The notes: a model not told the origin generated them from the letters alone. A stretch of DNA of 64,000 nt from a virus (IMGVR_UViG_3300044898_000016:1-64000); one strand, 5' to 3'. Counted from the stretch's first letter, positions 1 to 8,089 are shown. Translations and numbers: made by a program.

Positions 1-168
1 CAGTGCCGCTGTTGCCCGCCGTTGCAGTGCCTCTGTCGCCCGCCGTTGCAGTGCCTCTGTAGCCCGCCGTTGCAGTGCCGCTGTTGCCCGCCGTTGCAGT
101 GCCTCTGTAGCCCGCCGTTGCAGTGCCTCTGTCGCCCGCCGTTGCAGTGCCTCTGTCGCCCGCCGTTA
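1..168. repeat. Seven tandem 24-bp repeats (coding, no spacers)
   Basis: Unit CAGTGCC(T/G)CTGT(C/A/T)GCCCGCCGTTG at 1, 25, 49, 73, 97, 121, 145. Confidence 0.95.
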
Positions 169-589
169 CGAACGCGCCAACTACGCCTTGCAACCCAGCC
201 CTATGCGCGAAAAGAAAATCAGTTGCCGACTTACGATCCCCACAGTGAATGACGTTGCAGCATCGGCACTTTGATTTGCCGCCACACTCAACGTGAGGCT
301 TGCCCTTGATATGGTCGGCGCAAACTTCAACGATCAGCCACCGCGCATCTTCGTCCCAATTCAGTAGCGATCCGTCCCCGATTCCCCACGGCAAGAAATG
401 AAGCCCACCACCACAGACTTGTTTGCCGCCATCCCAATCGGGAGCCTCAACGTGCCCCTTCTTCGGCCACAGGAATCCGTTATATGCACGTCCCTTACTG
501 TCTACTGTTTTCAGTCCAAGCATTCGCTCGACGGTCGGCGCTGTTTTCTCAGTCGACTTCTTGGTTGTGGGTTTCTTTTTCGTTGTCAT
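1..589 (-). CDS. Phage protein with C-terminal octapeptide repeats (TAGxxGTA); 3' end runs off the window
   Basis: Manual translation from ATG 589 (GGAG SD upstream): MTTKKKPTT...FLWPKKGHVEAPDW...CGGGLHFLPWG...VTAGDRGTATAGDRGTA. Open to position 1; absent from the ORF track because no stop is in the window. Confidence 0.75.
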   Translation of the reverse strand, partial: MTTKKKPTTKKSTEKTAPTVERMLGLKTVDSKGRAYNGFLWPKKGHVEAPDWDGGKQVCGGGLHFLPWGIGDGSLLNWDEDARWLIVEVCADHIKGKPHVECGGKSKCRCCNVIHCGDRKSATDFLFAHRAGLQGVVGAFVTAGDRGTATAGDRGTATAGYRGTATAGNSGTATAGYRGTATAGDRGTATAGNSGT

Positions 590-641
590 TGGTTCTCCTG
601 AATGTCCTTTTTGAATCATCCCGCCCGGTTCCATGAGGGTA

Positions 642-670
642 CTTATACGCTTCTCGTTTTACCGTGTCAA
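642..670 (-). promoter_or_regulatory. Sigma70-type promoter
   Basis: TTGACA-17 nt-TATAAG on the minus strand, upstream of the 589 ATG. Confidence 0.75.
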
Positions 671-915
671 GTTTTATTTTCTACTAGCATAATCAAAGCG
701 TGTTTCCCTATTATTTGCGTCTTTTCGTTGCTCTGTTGTTGATCGGCTCCGAAGGCAGCGGCAATGTTCGGCTCGCCGTCCGGGTGAACCATTCCGCCTT
801 TTCTTTCAACCCAATCAGCACAATCTTTCCAGCCATCTTCAGGTGTTTCGCCGGGCGGGTCAATAATAATCGGGTCTTTGATTATTGAATTTGCGCCTAA
901 GAATTCTTCTGCCAT
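667..915 (-). CDS. Hypothetical protein
   Basis: ATG 915 overlaps the upstream stop (TAATG); the C-terminus runs into the promoter. Confidence 0.45.
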   Translation of the reverse strand: MAEEFLGANSIIKDPIIIDPPGETPEDGWKDCADWVERKGGMVHPDGEPNIAAAFGADQQQSNEKTQIIGKHALIMLVENKT

Positions 916-1109
916 TATCCTCGCCCCCCGTTCTTTTGAACTGCGTTGGCGTAAGCAAGCGCAACAATGGTCGCGCCTTCTCGATCCCATCCATCACGCG
1001 CTATCTCAACCAAGGCGATCAAGTGCGCTAACATTCCGTCCGCTGGGGCGCGAGCATAATCAGCTTTCGCTTGAGCCAACGATTCATTTAAAGCTTCTCT
1101 GGTTAACAT
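915..1109 (-). CDS. Hypothetical protein
   Basis: 64-aa ORF with purine-rich SD-like leader, coupled to the next ORF. Confidence 0.55.
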   Translation of the reverse strand: MLTREALNESLAQAKADYARAPADGMLAHLIALVEIARDGWDREGATIVALAYANAVQKNGGRG

Positions 1110-1210
1110 TTTCAGACCTTTCTTTCTTTAGGGCTGAGCCGCTAGGAAACTTCGGACGCGGTTTGCCCTATCTTCGCCAAGGCGTCTATTAAACGGCATG
1201 GCATTTTATT

Positions 1211-1232
1211 GGTGATTGTTACCTTGACTAAA
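1211..1232 (+). repeat. Left terminal inverted repeat
   Basis: GGTGATTGTTACCTTGACTAAA. Confidence 0.8.
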
Positions 1233-1242
1233 GTTCATTCCG

Positions 1243-2181
1243 TTACGCCGCTTTCTTTTCGGCGATCAATTCCGCGAACTTGAGCGGCGAAGTTCTGACC
1301 ATGTAGGCCAGCGTGTTCTCGAAAAAGTCTCCCGCATCCCGCCGGTCAAACCTGAATGTCATTTCGTGCAAATAGGCTTGCAAGTGCTTCGCGCTGATTT
1401 TGTGCCACGTGCCCATGATGCCGCGCTTCAGAAGCGAGAAGCTATTCTCTATCGTGTTCGTGTGAAAGTCGCCTCTAACGTACTCGTGGGCGCTGTGGTT
1501 GACCGTTCTGTGCTTGCCCCGGTAGTCACCATACAAGGGATTTGCTTCAATCGCGGCCGGGTAGCTCTTGTGCTCATCCGTTACGATAACCTCAACGTCT
1601 TTGGCGCTGATATTTTCCTTGATGTACTTTTCGAGGGTGCCAGACTCAATGTCTTTGACGTGAAAGAATCTCAGGCTCCCGCTGCGCTCGCGTAGGCCGA
1701 TGACGATCTGCTTGCCAACTGATCCGCGTCCCTGGGTCTGCCTTCGTTTCCAGTCGTGCATATTTTTCGATTTGCCGCCCACGTAAGTCTCGTCAATCTC
1801 AACCGTACCTGATAGTCCGTCTGATTCAATCTCACGCATTGCAGCCCTGATTCTGTGGCAAAGATACCATGCTGTCTTGTAGCTTACGCCTAACATCCTC
1901 TTGATCTGATTTGCCGACATTCCCTTGCGCGACTCGCACATGAGATACACGGTCGCAAACCACTTGACGAGGGGCAAGTGTGAGTCGTGAAAGATAGTCC
2001 CGGACGTGACGGAAAACTGATAGCTACACTTGCCGCACCATAGCAGTTTGGGCGACAGGCGCACGGTCACAGGTTCCCCGCATCGCAGACAGACCGGGCC
2101 GTCAAGCCAGCGCAGCCGCTCTAAGAGTTCCCGGCAACGGTCATCGGCTGAATATTTCTCACAGATTTGTACGAGGTTCAT
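1243..2181 (-). CDS. IS1595-family (ISXO2-like) DDE transposase
   Basis: N-terminal zinc ribbon (CLRCG...CGKC), HTH (GMSANQIKRMLGVSYKTAWYLCHRIR), catalytic VEIDETYVGG, VTDEHKSY and HTNTIENSFSLLKRG motifs. Confidence 0.93.
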   Translation of the reverse strand: MNLVQICEKYSADDRCRELLERLRWLDGPVCLRCGEPVTVRLSPKLLWCGKCSYQFSVTSGTIFHDSHLPLVKWFATVYLMCESRKGMSANQIKRMLGVSYKTAWYLCHRIRAAMREIESDGLSGTVEIDETYVGGKSKNMHDWKRRQTQGRGSVGKQIVIGLRERSGSLRFFHVKDIESGTLEKYIKENISAKDVEVIVTDEHKSYPAAIEANPLYGDYRGKHRTVNHSAHEYVRGDFHTNTIENSFSLLKRGIMGTWHKISAKHLQAYLHEMTFRFDRRDAGDFFENTLAYMVRTSPLKFAELIAEKKAA

Positions 2182-2498
2182 ACTCTCGCTTCCTTGTTAA
2201 GATGCGCTACTAGCCGCACGTAAAATTCCCGCGCTGTCTCTTCGTCGGGCTGCGTCCAATACATTTCTCGTCCAAAATGGTCAGGGCCGCGTACCGCCCA
2301 AGTCTTAAAATGATCGGTTTCGATTGTCACTAGAGCCACGTTGCCTGACTCTGTTTCTTCGATGATCAAGAGTGTTCCCTGTACCGAGTGGCCTTTTGAC
2401 TGCCGACGCTTGCGCGTAGCGTCTTCCCGGTCAAGCCTGTCTAGCGTTTCGTGCGTTCTCTGAAATGGTCGTGTCATTTTGCTTCTTGCCCTTCTCAC
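2178..2498 (-). CDS. Hypothetical cargo protein
   Basis: ORF whose stop overlaps the transposase ATG (ATGA). Confidence 0.6.
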   Translation of the reverse strand: MRRARSKMTRPFQRTHETLDRLDREDATRKRRQSKGHSVQGTLLIIEETESGNVALVTIETDHFKTWAVRGPDHFGREMYWTQPDEETAREFYVRLVAHLNKEARV

Positions 2499-2713
2499 GG
2501 AATGATGGTAAAGAACCTTGCGCGAGAAAGCGCATCCCAGTCAACTTGCATCGGCTCGACTCGCGCTACTTCGTAGCCGGTGCCATCAGCCAAAGGAGTC
2601 ACCATGAAAGCAGAACCTAAAGCATCGGCCAAACGCTCAGCCGGAATGCAGTCCCGCGAACAGCAACGGAAGGTTGAACGTGCGCCCTCGAAACGTGGTG
2701 ATTTATCTTCCAT
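2495..2713 (-). CDS. Hypothetical cargo protein
   Basis: ORF in a tightly packed operon. Confidence 0.55.
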   Translation of the reverse strand: MEDKSPRFEGARSTFRCCSRDCIPAERLADALGSAFMVTPLADGTGYEVARVEPMQVDWDALSRARFFTIIP

Positions 2714-2770
2714 TCCTAAACCTCAGTTAGTTGCGTCAATCAAACGTGACATTAAGCGGATGATGCGAGC

Positions 2771-3004
2771 CTAGCGCCACGCTATCGGACAGTCCAGAGT
2801 TTCAGCGATCCGCTCGCCTTCTGGCGTGACCTTGAAAATGCCGACGTGGATTTCTTTGACGTAACCGCGCTTCTCAAGGCCGCGCATTGTGGTCATTGAC
2901 AAGCCCATCGGCGCGTTGCTCGGCATCCGAGTCGTGACGCAATAAGGGCCGTGTCTGATTACGAATTGCAGGAGCCATGTGCTACGTCGATTCATTTTTG
3001 ACAT
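2771..3004 (-). CDS. Small winged-helix-like cargo protein
   Basis: TMRGLEKRGYVKE...FKVTPEG resembles a wHTH recognition helix and wing. Confidence 0.55.
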   Translation of the reverse strand: MSKMNRRSTWLLQFVIRHGPYCVTTRMPSNAPMGLSMTTMRGLEKRGYVKEIHVGIFKVTPEGERIAETLDCPIAWR

Positions 3005-3009
3005 ATAGA

Positions 3010-3231
3010 TTAGTCACGCAACTGATTCATTCGCAGATCGCGTAGCGCCTCTGCAACATCCGAATCAGTGCCACCCCGCCATTGAGATTCGTCGTACTGA
3101 AGCCACTCGGAAACGGCCTTGAGGACTCGTTCGAGTAGCCGATCCGGGCCAACAATCATGCCGTTGTCAGTTTCGACGTGATGCTTAAACGCACGCTCTA
3201 TCTTCTCTTTTAGTGGTTCGTATTCAGCCAT
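3010..3231 (-). CDS. Hypothetical cargo protein
   Basis: ORF with SD (GGA) in the operon. Confidence 0.6.
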   Translation of the reverse strand: MAEYEPLKEKIERAFKHHVETDNGMIVGPDRLLERVLKAVSEWLQYDESQWRGGTDSDVAEALRDLRMNQLRD

Positions 3232-3234
3232 TTC

Positions 3235-3465
3235 CTACTCCTCATTGCGAATGAAATCGCACAAAGCAATTAACGCCGGATCGTTGGTGTGTTCTTGCGG
3301 GAAATCTAATTCTGACGAGGAAAGCATGTAGTCGTAATCGTGAGTTACGCCGAAGTCAATCAATTCCTGAGCCGTCCTAATCTCGGTGATCACGTCATCC
3401 TTGCCATTGCCCGATCCGTACTTCAGGGAAATGTGATCGCTTTTAAGGTTGAGATAGACCCGCAT
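3235..3465 (-). CDS. Hypothetical cargo protein
   Basis: Start overlaps the upstream stop (TAATG). Confidence 0.6.
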   Translation of the reverse strand: MRVYLNLKSDHISLKYGSGNGKDDVITEIRTAQELIDFGVTHDYDYMLSSSELDFPQEHTNDPALIALCDFIRNEE

Positions 3466-3794
3466 TATGCGGCCTCTTTTCTCGCATCGCGCAACTCACG
3501 AACATAGAACTTGTAGTTATTTGCAGACCGCGCAAACATCTCTTGCTTACCGAGCGCCCCTGCCCTCTCAAACCCATCGGCGCATCCTGAGCACACAAGG
3601 TCTGCCTCGCCTTCACAATCAATCTGAGCAATCCAGTAGGCCGCGTTGAACCACCGTTCACACGCATAGCAAAACCGATGATCCTCTAGGTCAAAATCTG
3701 GCTCGCCAGCCTTCGCCTCAAGCAACTGAAGCGGTGTGATTTCAAAAATAAAACGCATCTTGCGGTCGCTGTAATATTCGCGGCGATTCATCAC
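3465..3794 (-). CDS. Cargo protein with CxxC...CxxC zinc finger
   Basis: FCYACERW...VCSGCADG. Confidence 0.65.
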   Translation of the reverse strand: MMNRREYYSDRKMRFIFEITPLQLLEAKAGEPDFDLEDHRFCYACERWFNAAYWIAQIDCEGEADLVCSGCADGFERAGALGKQEMFARSANNYKFYVRELRDARKEAA

Positions 3795-4165
3795 GCGTCC
3801 CTCCGCTTTGCGTCAAAGCAATCCGTACACTCGACTTCGGTAAAGTCGATGAGGTTTGAGCATTGAGGGTTCGGGCATGGACGGGTCATTGATGCCGACT
3901 TCTGCGCCGCTAGTCTTGAAAGGTAAATGAAAGCCACATGAGCGAACGACGAGGAGCTAGTGTGTCCGTCAATCGGCGTCGATCCACCCGGCGCAATCAG
4001 CGTGTACACCGGACTCCACGCAACGCGGATCGGCCTTCGGTGATAAGAGCGCAATGCTCGAACTCGCCAGCCGCCCTCTAATTGCTCTGTATGCGACGGC
4101 GCTTCGCCAGTTAAAATAGCGCGGTAGCACTTACCCGCCGCTGCCTTGATTTGTGGTTTGGTCAT
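3791..4165 (-). CDS. Cargo protein with C-terminal zinc ribbon
   Basis: CPNPQC...CTDC; ATGA overlaps at both ends. Confidence 0.6.
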   Translation of the reverse strand: MTKPQIKAAAGKCYRAILTGEAPSHTEQLEGGWRVRALRSYHRRPIRVAWSPVYTLIAPGGSTPIDGHTSSSSFAHVAFIYLSRLAAQKSASMTRPCPNPQCSNLIDFTEVECTDCFDAKRRDA

Positions 4166-4374
4166 AGAGCCACCGCCTCGACTGTGATTTGGTAGCCGCC
4201 GCGAACCTTCTCAGCGCCCCGGCGCGTCTTGTAGACCTTTGCGCCGATGTCGTGGCCGGGGCCGAAAAAGCCCTCAGCATGGAACTCGCCATCATCACAA
4301 AGCACAAGAGCGGGGTTTATTGCGCTTCGGACGATGAATCCGGCTTCGTTTGTGGTATTCTTGAGGTTGGTCAT
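4162..4374 (-). CDS. Hypothetical cargo protein (first gene of the cargo operon)
   Basis: ORF preceded by AAGGA SD and a leader hairpin. Confidence 0.65.
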   Translation of the reverse strand: MTNLKNTTNEAGFIVRSAINPALVLCDDGEFHAEGFFGPGHDIGAKVYKTRRGAEKVRGGYQITVEAVAL

Positions 4375-4456
4375 GGTCTGAAAACATCCTTTCAGGTTGT
4401 GGCTTTAGGCCCGTTTCGGTATCCGCCTTAGCGGGCCTGTTTCTCTAACAAAATCG

Positions 4457-4485
4457 ATTCTACAGGACGATTCTTGTTTAGTCAA
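4457..4485 (-). promoter_or_regulatory. Promoter of the cargo/transposase operon; -35 lies inside the right TIR
   Basis: TTGACT-17 nt-TAGAAT. Confidence 0.7.
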
Positions 4486-4498
4486 GTAAATAATCACC
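4477..4498 (-). repeat. Right terminal inverted repeat
   Basis: Reverse complement reads GGTGATTATTTACTTGACTAAA. Confidence 0.8.
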
Positions 4499-4803
4499 AT
4501 TTATTGGTTGCGATTGCAGATTGCCGGAGTTTTTGGCTGAGCCCGCTGAGGTATCCTTACGTTCTCGCGCTCTGGTTTGTCGTATCCTTGCGGCCCTGCT
4601 ATGGTCTGCCTTTACCGGGGATCGGAACTACCGAAGATTAGACAGTCTGCCAAACAGTACGGTGTCCCGAAGGCCAACCAGCCAACCGACGGGGTTTTAC
4701 GCTGCCACTTGAAAGCGTCATAGAAAGTTTCCGACAAAGTGTTTTTATGGTGGTACGAGGAATCGGAAGGACTTCAGAACGTGCCACCAATCTCAACGTT
4801 TTG

Positions 4804-4832
4804 ATTATGAACTGATTTTAGTTGCGGCGCAA
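4804..4832 (-). promoter_or_regulatory. Putative leftward promoter
   Basis: TTGCGC-17 nt-CATAAT. Confidence 0.45.
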
Positions 4833-4949
4833 GTCTTTTTTTGATAGGCTAAGGCCGCGACTCGCATCCACCGATCTCAACAATCGACATGAGGCCCGTT
4901 AGGTTCCTAACCAGCACCTAGCGGGTTTTGTGTTTCCAAAAGAAATATC

Positions 4950-4978
4950 TTGACTCCGTAAAACAAACCTGATAGCTT
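4950..4978 (+). promoter_or_regulatory. Putative rightward early promoter
   Basis: TTGACT-17 nt-TAGCTT, 9 nt before the HTH gene ATG. Confidence 0.55.
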
Positions 4979-4987
4979 ACGCTCTCG

Positions 4988-5179
4988 ATGAGCAAAGAAC
5001 ACATTCGCATGGTGGACGCAGCAACGGAGTTGGGCGTTAGCCGCCAACTCTTTCTCCACTGGATCAAGACAAGCAAAATTTCACATGAAACGGTACTCGG
5101 AGTCAGGGTTGTAACCCGATCCGCGTTGGATCGTTTCAAGAAGTCTCGCAACGGCGGTGGCTCAAAGAAGAAAAGATAG
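4988..5179 (+). CDS. Small HTH DNA-binding protein (Cro/excisionase-like)
   Basis: MVDAATELGVSRQLFLHWIK HTH pattern. Confidence 0.75.
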   Translation: MSKEHIRMVDAATELGVSRQLFLHWIKTSKISHETVLGVRVVTRSALDRFKKSRNGGGSKKKR

Positions 5180-5214
5180 TCTCCCCCAGCACAAAGAGAG
5201 GAAGAGAAGAGAAG

Positions 5215-5382
5215 ATGGAACAAACCGACATATTGCTAGCCGCCTCACTTGCAGGGGCCTTGAGTAGAAACGCGAAGCGGGCCGTTTCGGATAATGAGAA
5301 CCCGCCGGGCACCCGAGCCGCACGGCGTCGCAAGCGAGTTCGTAATGCGATGGCTAAGGCTTCACGCAAAAGGAATCGGTAA
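5215..5382 (+). CDS. Small basic hypothetical protein (55 aa)
   Basis: Manual translation MEQTDILLAASLAG...RKRNR with a purine-rich leader; below the ORF-track cutoff. Confidence 0.5.
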   Translation: MEQTDILLAASLAGALSRNAKRAVSDNENPPGTRAARRRKRVRNAMAKASRKRNR

Positions 5383-5427
5383 AAGCTAGTTCAAAGGTTT
5401 TGAGAGAGCACAGAAGGGGTGAGACTC

Positions 5428-5634
5428 ATGGCAACCAAAGAGCCAAACAAAGAATTTGAGCAAGCATGGATTCAACTCGCGCCCGCGTTGGCTGGATCGG
5501 CAACTCTGAAAGAGATTGCAGAACTGTTTTGGCTAAAGGGCCGGTGCGCGGGAATGGATCGTGGCATGGAAGCGTTCGCGATCCCCGCGAGAAAAATCGT
5601 CGATGAGGTTCTGAGGCAAGTGGTTCACCAATGA
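5428..5634 (+). CDS. Hypothetical protein
   Basis: ORF with GGGGTGAG SD, ATGA-coupled to the next gene. Confidence 0.6.
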   Translation: MATKEPNKEFEQAWIQLAPALAGSATLKEIAELFWLKGRCAGMDRGMEAFAIPARKIVDEVLRQVVHQ

Positions 5635-5861
5635 CCTTACAAGTCAAACCAAACACGCGAACCGACTATCCGAAGCACCGATTCAGCGTCTGCGCCGATG
5701 GTGTTCCTGTCGCATATTCGGATCGATTACTGACTGCGCACCGGGCAAAGATTGAAATTCAAAAGAGCCTCGCAAAGTTGGATCAAAGGCTCACAGAGCG
5801 AGCGAATGAACCGCCGCTAACACCGTTACGTCGGGCCTATTGGAACGCATCACGAAGTTAG
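5631..5861 (+). CDS. Hypothetical protein
   Basis: ORF in the early operon. Confidence 0.55.
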   Translation: MTLQVKPNTRTDYPKHRFSVCADGVPVAYSDRLLTAHRAKIEIQKSLAKLDQRLTERANEPPLTPLRRAYWNASRS

Positions 5862-5862
5862 T

Positions 5863-6372
5863 TTGAGTTACAGGGGAACGAAAAGGGTGAGAACCAAGGA
5901 ACCGCCGCTGGTGCTAGATATGAATTCGCTGCACAACAAGCGGCGTCTGATGTCGAAGATCGGCAAGATGAGCGGCCTCTGGGAATTTCAGATGCGCCGG
6001 CGCAAGAAGAATCGATCATTGAACGCTAATTCGTACTACTGGGCCGCGTTCATTCCAGGCTGGCTTGAATGGCTGAGAGAGGCCAGCGGCGAACCTTGGA
6101 TCACGGCAGAGCAAGCGCACGACGCGCTGGTTAAAAGAGTGTTGGGAGCCAAGGAAATCGTCAACAAGGAAACCGGAGAGGTTATAGACGACGCGCGGCC
6201 TTCCACTCACGACATGGACGTTACGGAATTTACGCAATATCTCGACCGGGCGGCAGAATTCTTAGCCTCGTTTTGCGGAATAGTTGTGCTGCCTTCAGAG
6301 GTTTATTTTGAGGAAAGGGACAAAGGTTATGAGCAACGGAATAGCGACAAGAGAAGCGCCAAAGCTGCCTGA
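5863..6372 (+). CDS. NinB/YbcN-like recombination protein
   Basis: RSLNANSYYWA motif and STHDMDVTEFTQYLDR C-terminal motif, next to ERF and YqaJ. Confidence 0.7.
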   Translation: MSYRGTKRVRTKEPPLVLDMNSLHNKRRLMSKIGKMSGLWEFQMRRRKKNRSLNANSYYWAAFIPGWLEWLREASGEPWITAEQAHDALVKRVLGAKEIVNKETGEVIDDARPSTHDMDVTEFTQYLDRAAEFLASFCGIVVLPSEVYFEERDKGYEQRNSDKRSAKAA

Positions 6373-7084
6373 AGCGAACGGAAACGGCCACGGCGCGGTA
6401 AGTATTCTTGAGGTAATCGAACGCGCGTCGCTAAATCCCGCTGTCGATGTGGATAAGATGCGCGCTTTGCTCGAAATGCACGAGCACGTACTGGATCGCA
6501 ACGCCGAGGCGGCATTCAACGCGGCCATGACAAAGGCTCAAATGGAGATGCCTGTTGTTGTGAGTGACAAGAAAAACCTCCACACAAGTAGTAAATACCC
6601 CTCGCTAGAAGCGGTGCAGAGGGCCATCAAAGATATCTACATGAGCCACGGCTTCACCTGTACCTTCGCCGAGGATGGTGCGCCAACTGACGGGATGATT
6701 CATGTGGTCGGCACCGTGCGACATATTGAGGGCCACTCTGAAACCTTTCATCGCTACGCGCCCGCAGACACGGCGGGGCCGGGCGGCAAAGCCAACAAGA
6801 CGGAGTTACAAGGCGCACAGTCCACGGTTTCTTTTCTCCAACGCAAGCTCCTTTGTGCAATTTGGGGCGTGACTGTGGCTGATGAAGACAAGGACGGCAA
6901 TGCGCCCACAAAGCTGATTGACGAAAGGCAGATTGCCGACCTGCAAGCATTGGCTGACGAAGTAAAAGCAGATATTCCTGCCTTCCTGAAGTACATGCGC
7001 GTGGACAAGATTGAGAATCTACCGGCGTCAATGCTCAGCAACGCGGTCAAGGCGCTTGAAAAGAAGAGAAAGAAGGCCGCGTGA
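6329..7084 (+). CDS. erf: ERF-family single-strand annealing protein
   Basis: AFNAAMTKAQ...KKN...SKYPSLE...GAQSTVSFLQRKLLCAIWGV...DEDKDG pattern. Confidence 0.8.
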   Translation: MSNGIATREAPKLPEANGNGHGAVSILEVIERASLNPAVDVDKMRALLEMHEHVLDRNAEAAFNAAMTKAQMEMPVVVSDKKNLHTSSKYPSLEAVQRAIKDIYMSHGFTCTFAEDGAPTDGMIHVVGTVRHIEGHSETFHRYAPADTAGPGGKANKTELQGAQSTVSFLQRKLLCAIWGVTVADEDKDGNAPTKLIDERQIADLQALADEVKADIPAFLKYMRVDKIENLPASMLSNAVKALEKKRKKAA

Positions 7085-7758
7085 TGGAGCAGCGTTCACC
7101 TGAATGGTTTGCCGCCAGAGCAGGAAAAGTTACGGCTTCGCGGATCGCGGACATGATGGCGCGCACGAAGACAGGTTGGGGAGCGGGCCGCGTCAACTAC
7201 TTAGCCGAGCTAGTAGCAGAGAGGCTTACGGGCGTGTCTCAGAGCGGCTACGTGAACGGAGCCATGCAGCGCGGCGTTGAAATGGAACCAGAGGCGATTA
7301 CAGCCTACGAATTCGACTCTGACAACACGGTTACGCCGATAGGCTTTGTTGAGCATCCTACAATCCCAATGGCCGGCGCTTCGCCTGATGGTCATATCGC
7401 TGACGATGGCTCAGTCGAAGTGAAGTGCCCAAACACAAGTACGCACATCGACACGCTTCTGGGTGGGTCAGTCCCAGGTAAATACATTCTTCAGATTCAA
7501 TGGCAGCTTGCATGTAGCGGACGCGCTTGGTGCGACTTTGTTAGCTACGATTCCCGAATGCCCGAAGAGTTGAAGCTATTCGTGCGCCGGGTTGATCGGG
7601 ACGAAGCGAAGATCGCGGAACTAGAAACTGCGGTTATCGAATTCTTGTCTGAAGTTGACGCAAAGGTTGCTCAGCTGAACGCACTTATGCAGGGCGTGAC
7701 GCCTCTCACGTCCGCGCTAGAGAGTTCACTGGCAAGTCTTGCCGTGGAGGGCGCGTGA
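7081..7758 (+). CDS. YqaJ/lambda-exonuclease-family recombination nuclease
   Basis: QRSPEWFAARAGKVTAS, GASPDG, EVKCP and QIQWQL motifs. Confidence 0.92.
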   Translation: MMEQRSPEWFAARAGKVTASRIADMMARTKTGWGAGRVNYLAELVAERLTGVSQSGYVNGAMQRGVEMEPEAITAYEFDSDNTVTPIGFVEHPTIPMAGASPDGHIADDGSVEVKCPNTSTHIDTLLGGSVPGKYILQIQWQLACSGRAWCDFVSYDSRMPEELKLFVRRVDRDEAKIAELETAVIEFLSEVDAKVAQLNALMQGVTPLTSALESSLASLAVEGA

Positions 7759-8009
7759 CCTTCAAAGAACGCATTCACAGAGTCGAGTCCGCACTAATCG
7801 CTAAAGCCTTGCGACAGGCCAACGGACAGATAACTGCCGCTGCTAAGTCGATGGGACTAAATCACGGTCAGCTTCAATCTGTGATGCGGCGACACCCTGA
7901 ACTTGCCGGCACGAGAACGCAGCCACGAGCAAGGCGTCAGTCGATATTTCCAAAGGTGCGCGAGGTGCGCGAGAAGCATCAAGGCGAGTGGCACAGAGAG
8001 GCTTTGTAA
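7755..8009 (+). CDS. Fis-like (HTH_8) DNA-binding protein
   Basis: ESALIAKALRQANGQITAAAKSMGL matches the Fis/NtrC C-terminal HTH pattern. Confidence 0.65.
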   Translation: MTFKERIHRVESALIAKALRQANGQITAAAKSMGLNHGQLQSVMRRHPELAGTRTQPRARRQSIFPKVREVREKHQGEWHREAL

Positions 8010-8013
8010 GAGT

Positions 8014-8089
8014 TTCCCCGGTCAGCGATCCCTACTGCGATACCAAGTGAGCCGGGGGATGCCGTGTGGTTGGGATCGCTGTACACGGC
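8014..8089 (+). ncRNA. Candidate kissing-hairpin RNA element
   Basis: Three interlocked complementary pairs: 8014-8021/8052-8059, 8023-8032/8072-8081, 8061-8067/8083-8089. Confidence 0.5.

Larger units (their letters stand above)
1211..4498 (-). mobile_element. IS1595-family transposon with cargo genes
   Basis: 22-bp terminal inverted repeats (19/22 identical), intact IS1595-type transposase at one end, AT-rich near-duplicated flanks (ATTTTATT / ATTTATTG). Confidence 0.8.

Noticed and set aside
1-168. CRISPR array
   Set aside because: The repeats are contiguous with no spacers, are in-frame coding, and no cas genes are present.
1-168. DGR-like AAC>GAC/TAC variation among the repeat units
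   Set aside because: No reverse transcriptase or separate template repeat in the window; ordinary repeat divergence explains it.
8014-8089. HDV-like/theta ribozyme
   Set aside because: The helix order (ABACBC) differs from the HDV nested double pseudoknot, and the element lies 5' rather than 3' of the tRNA.
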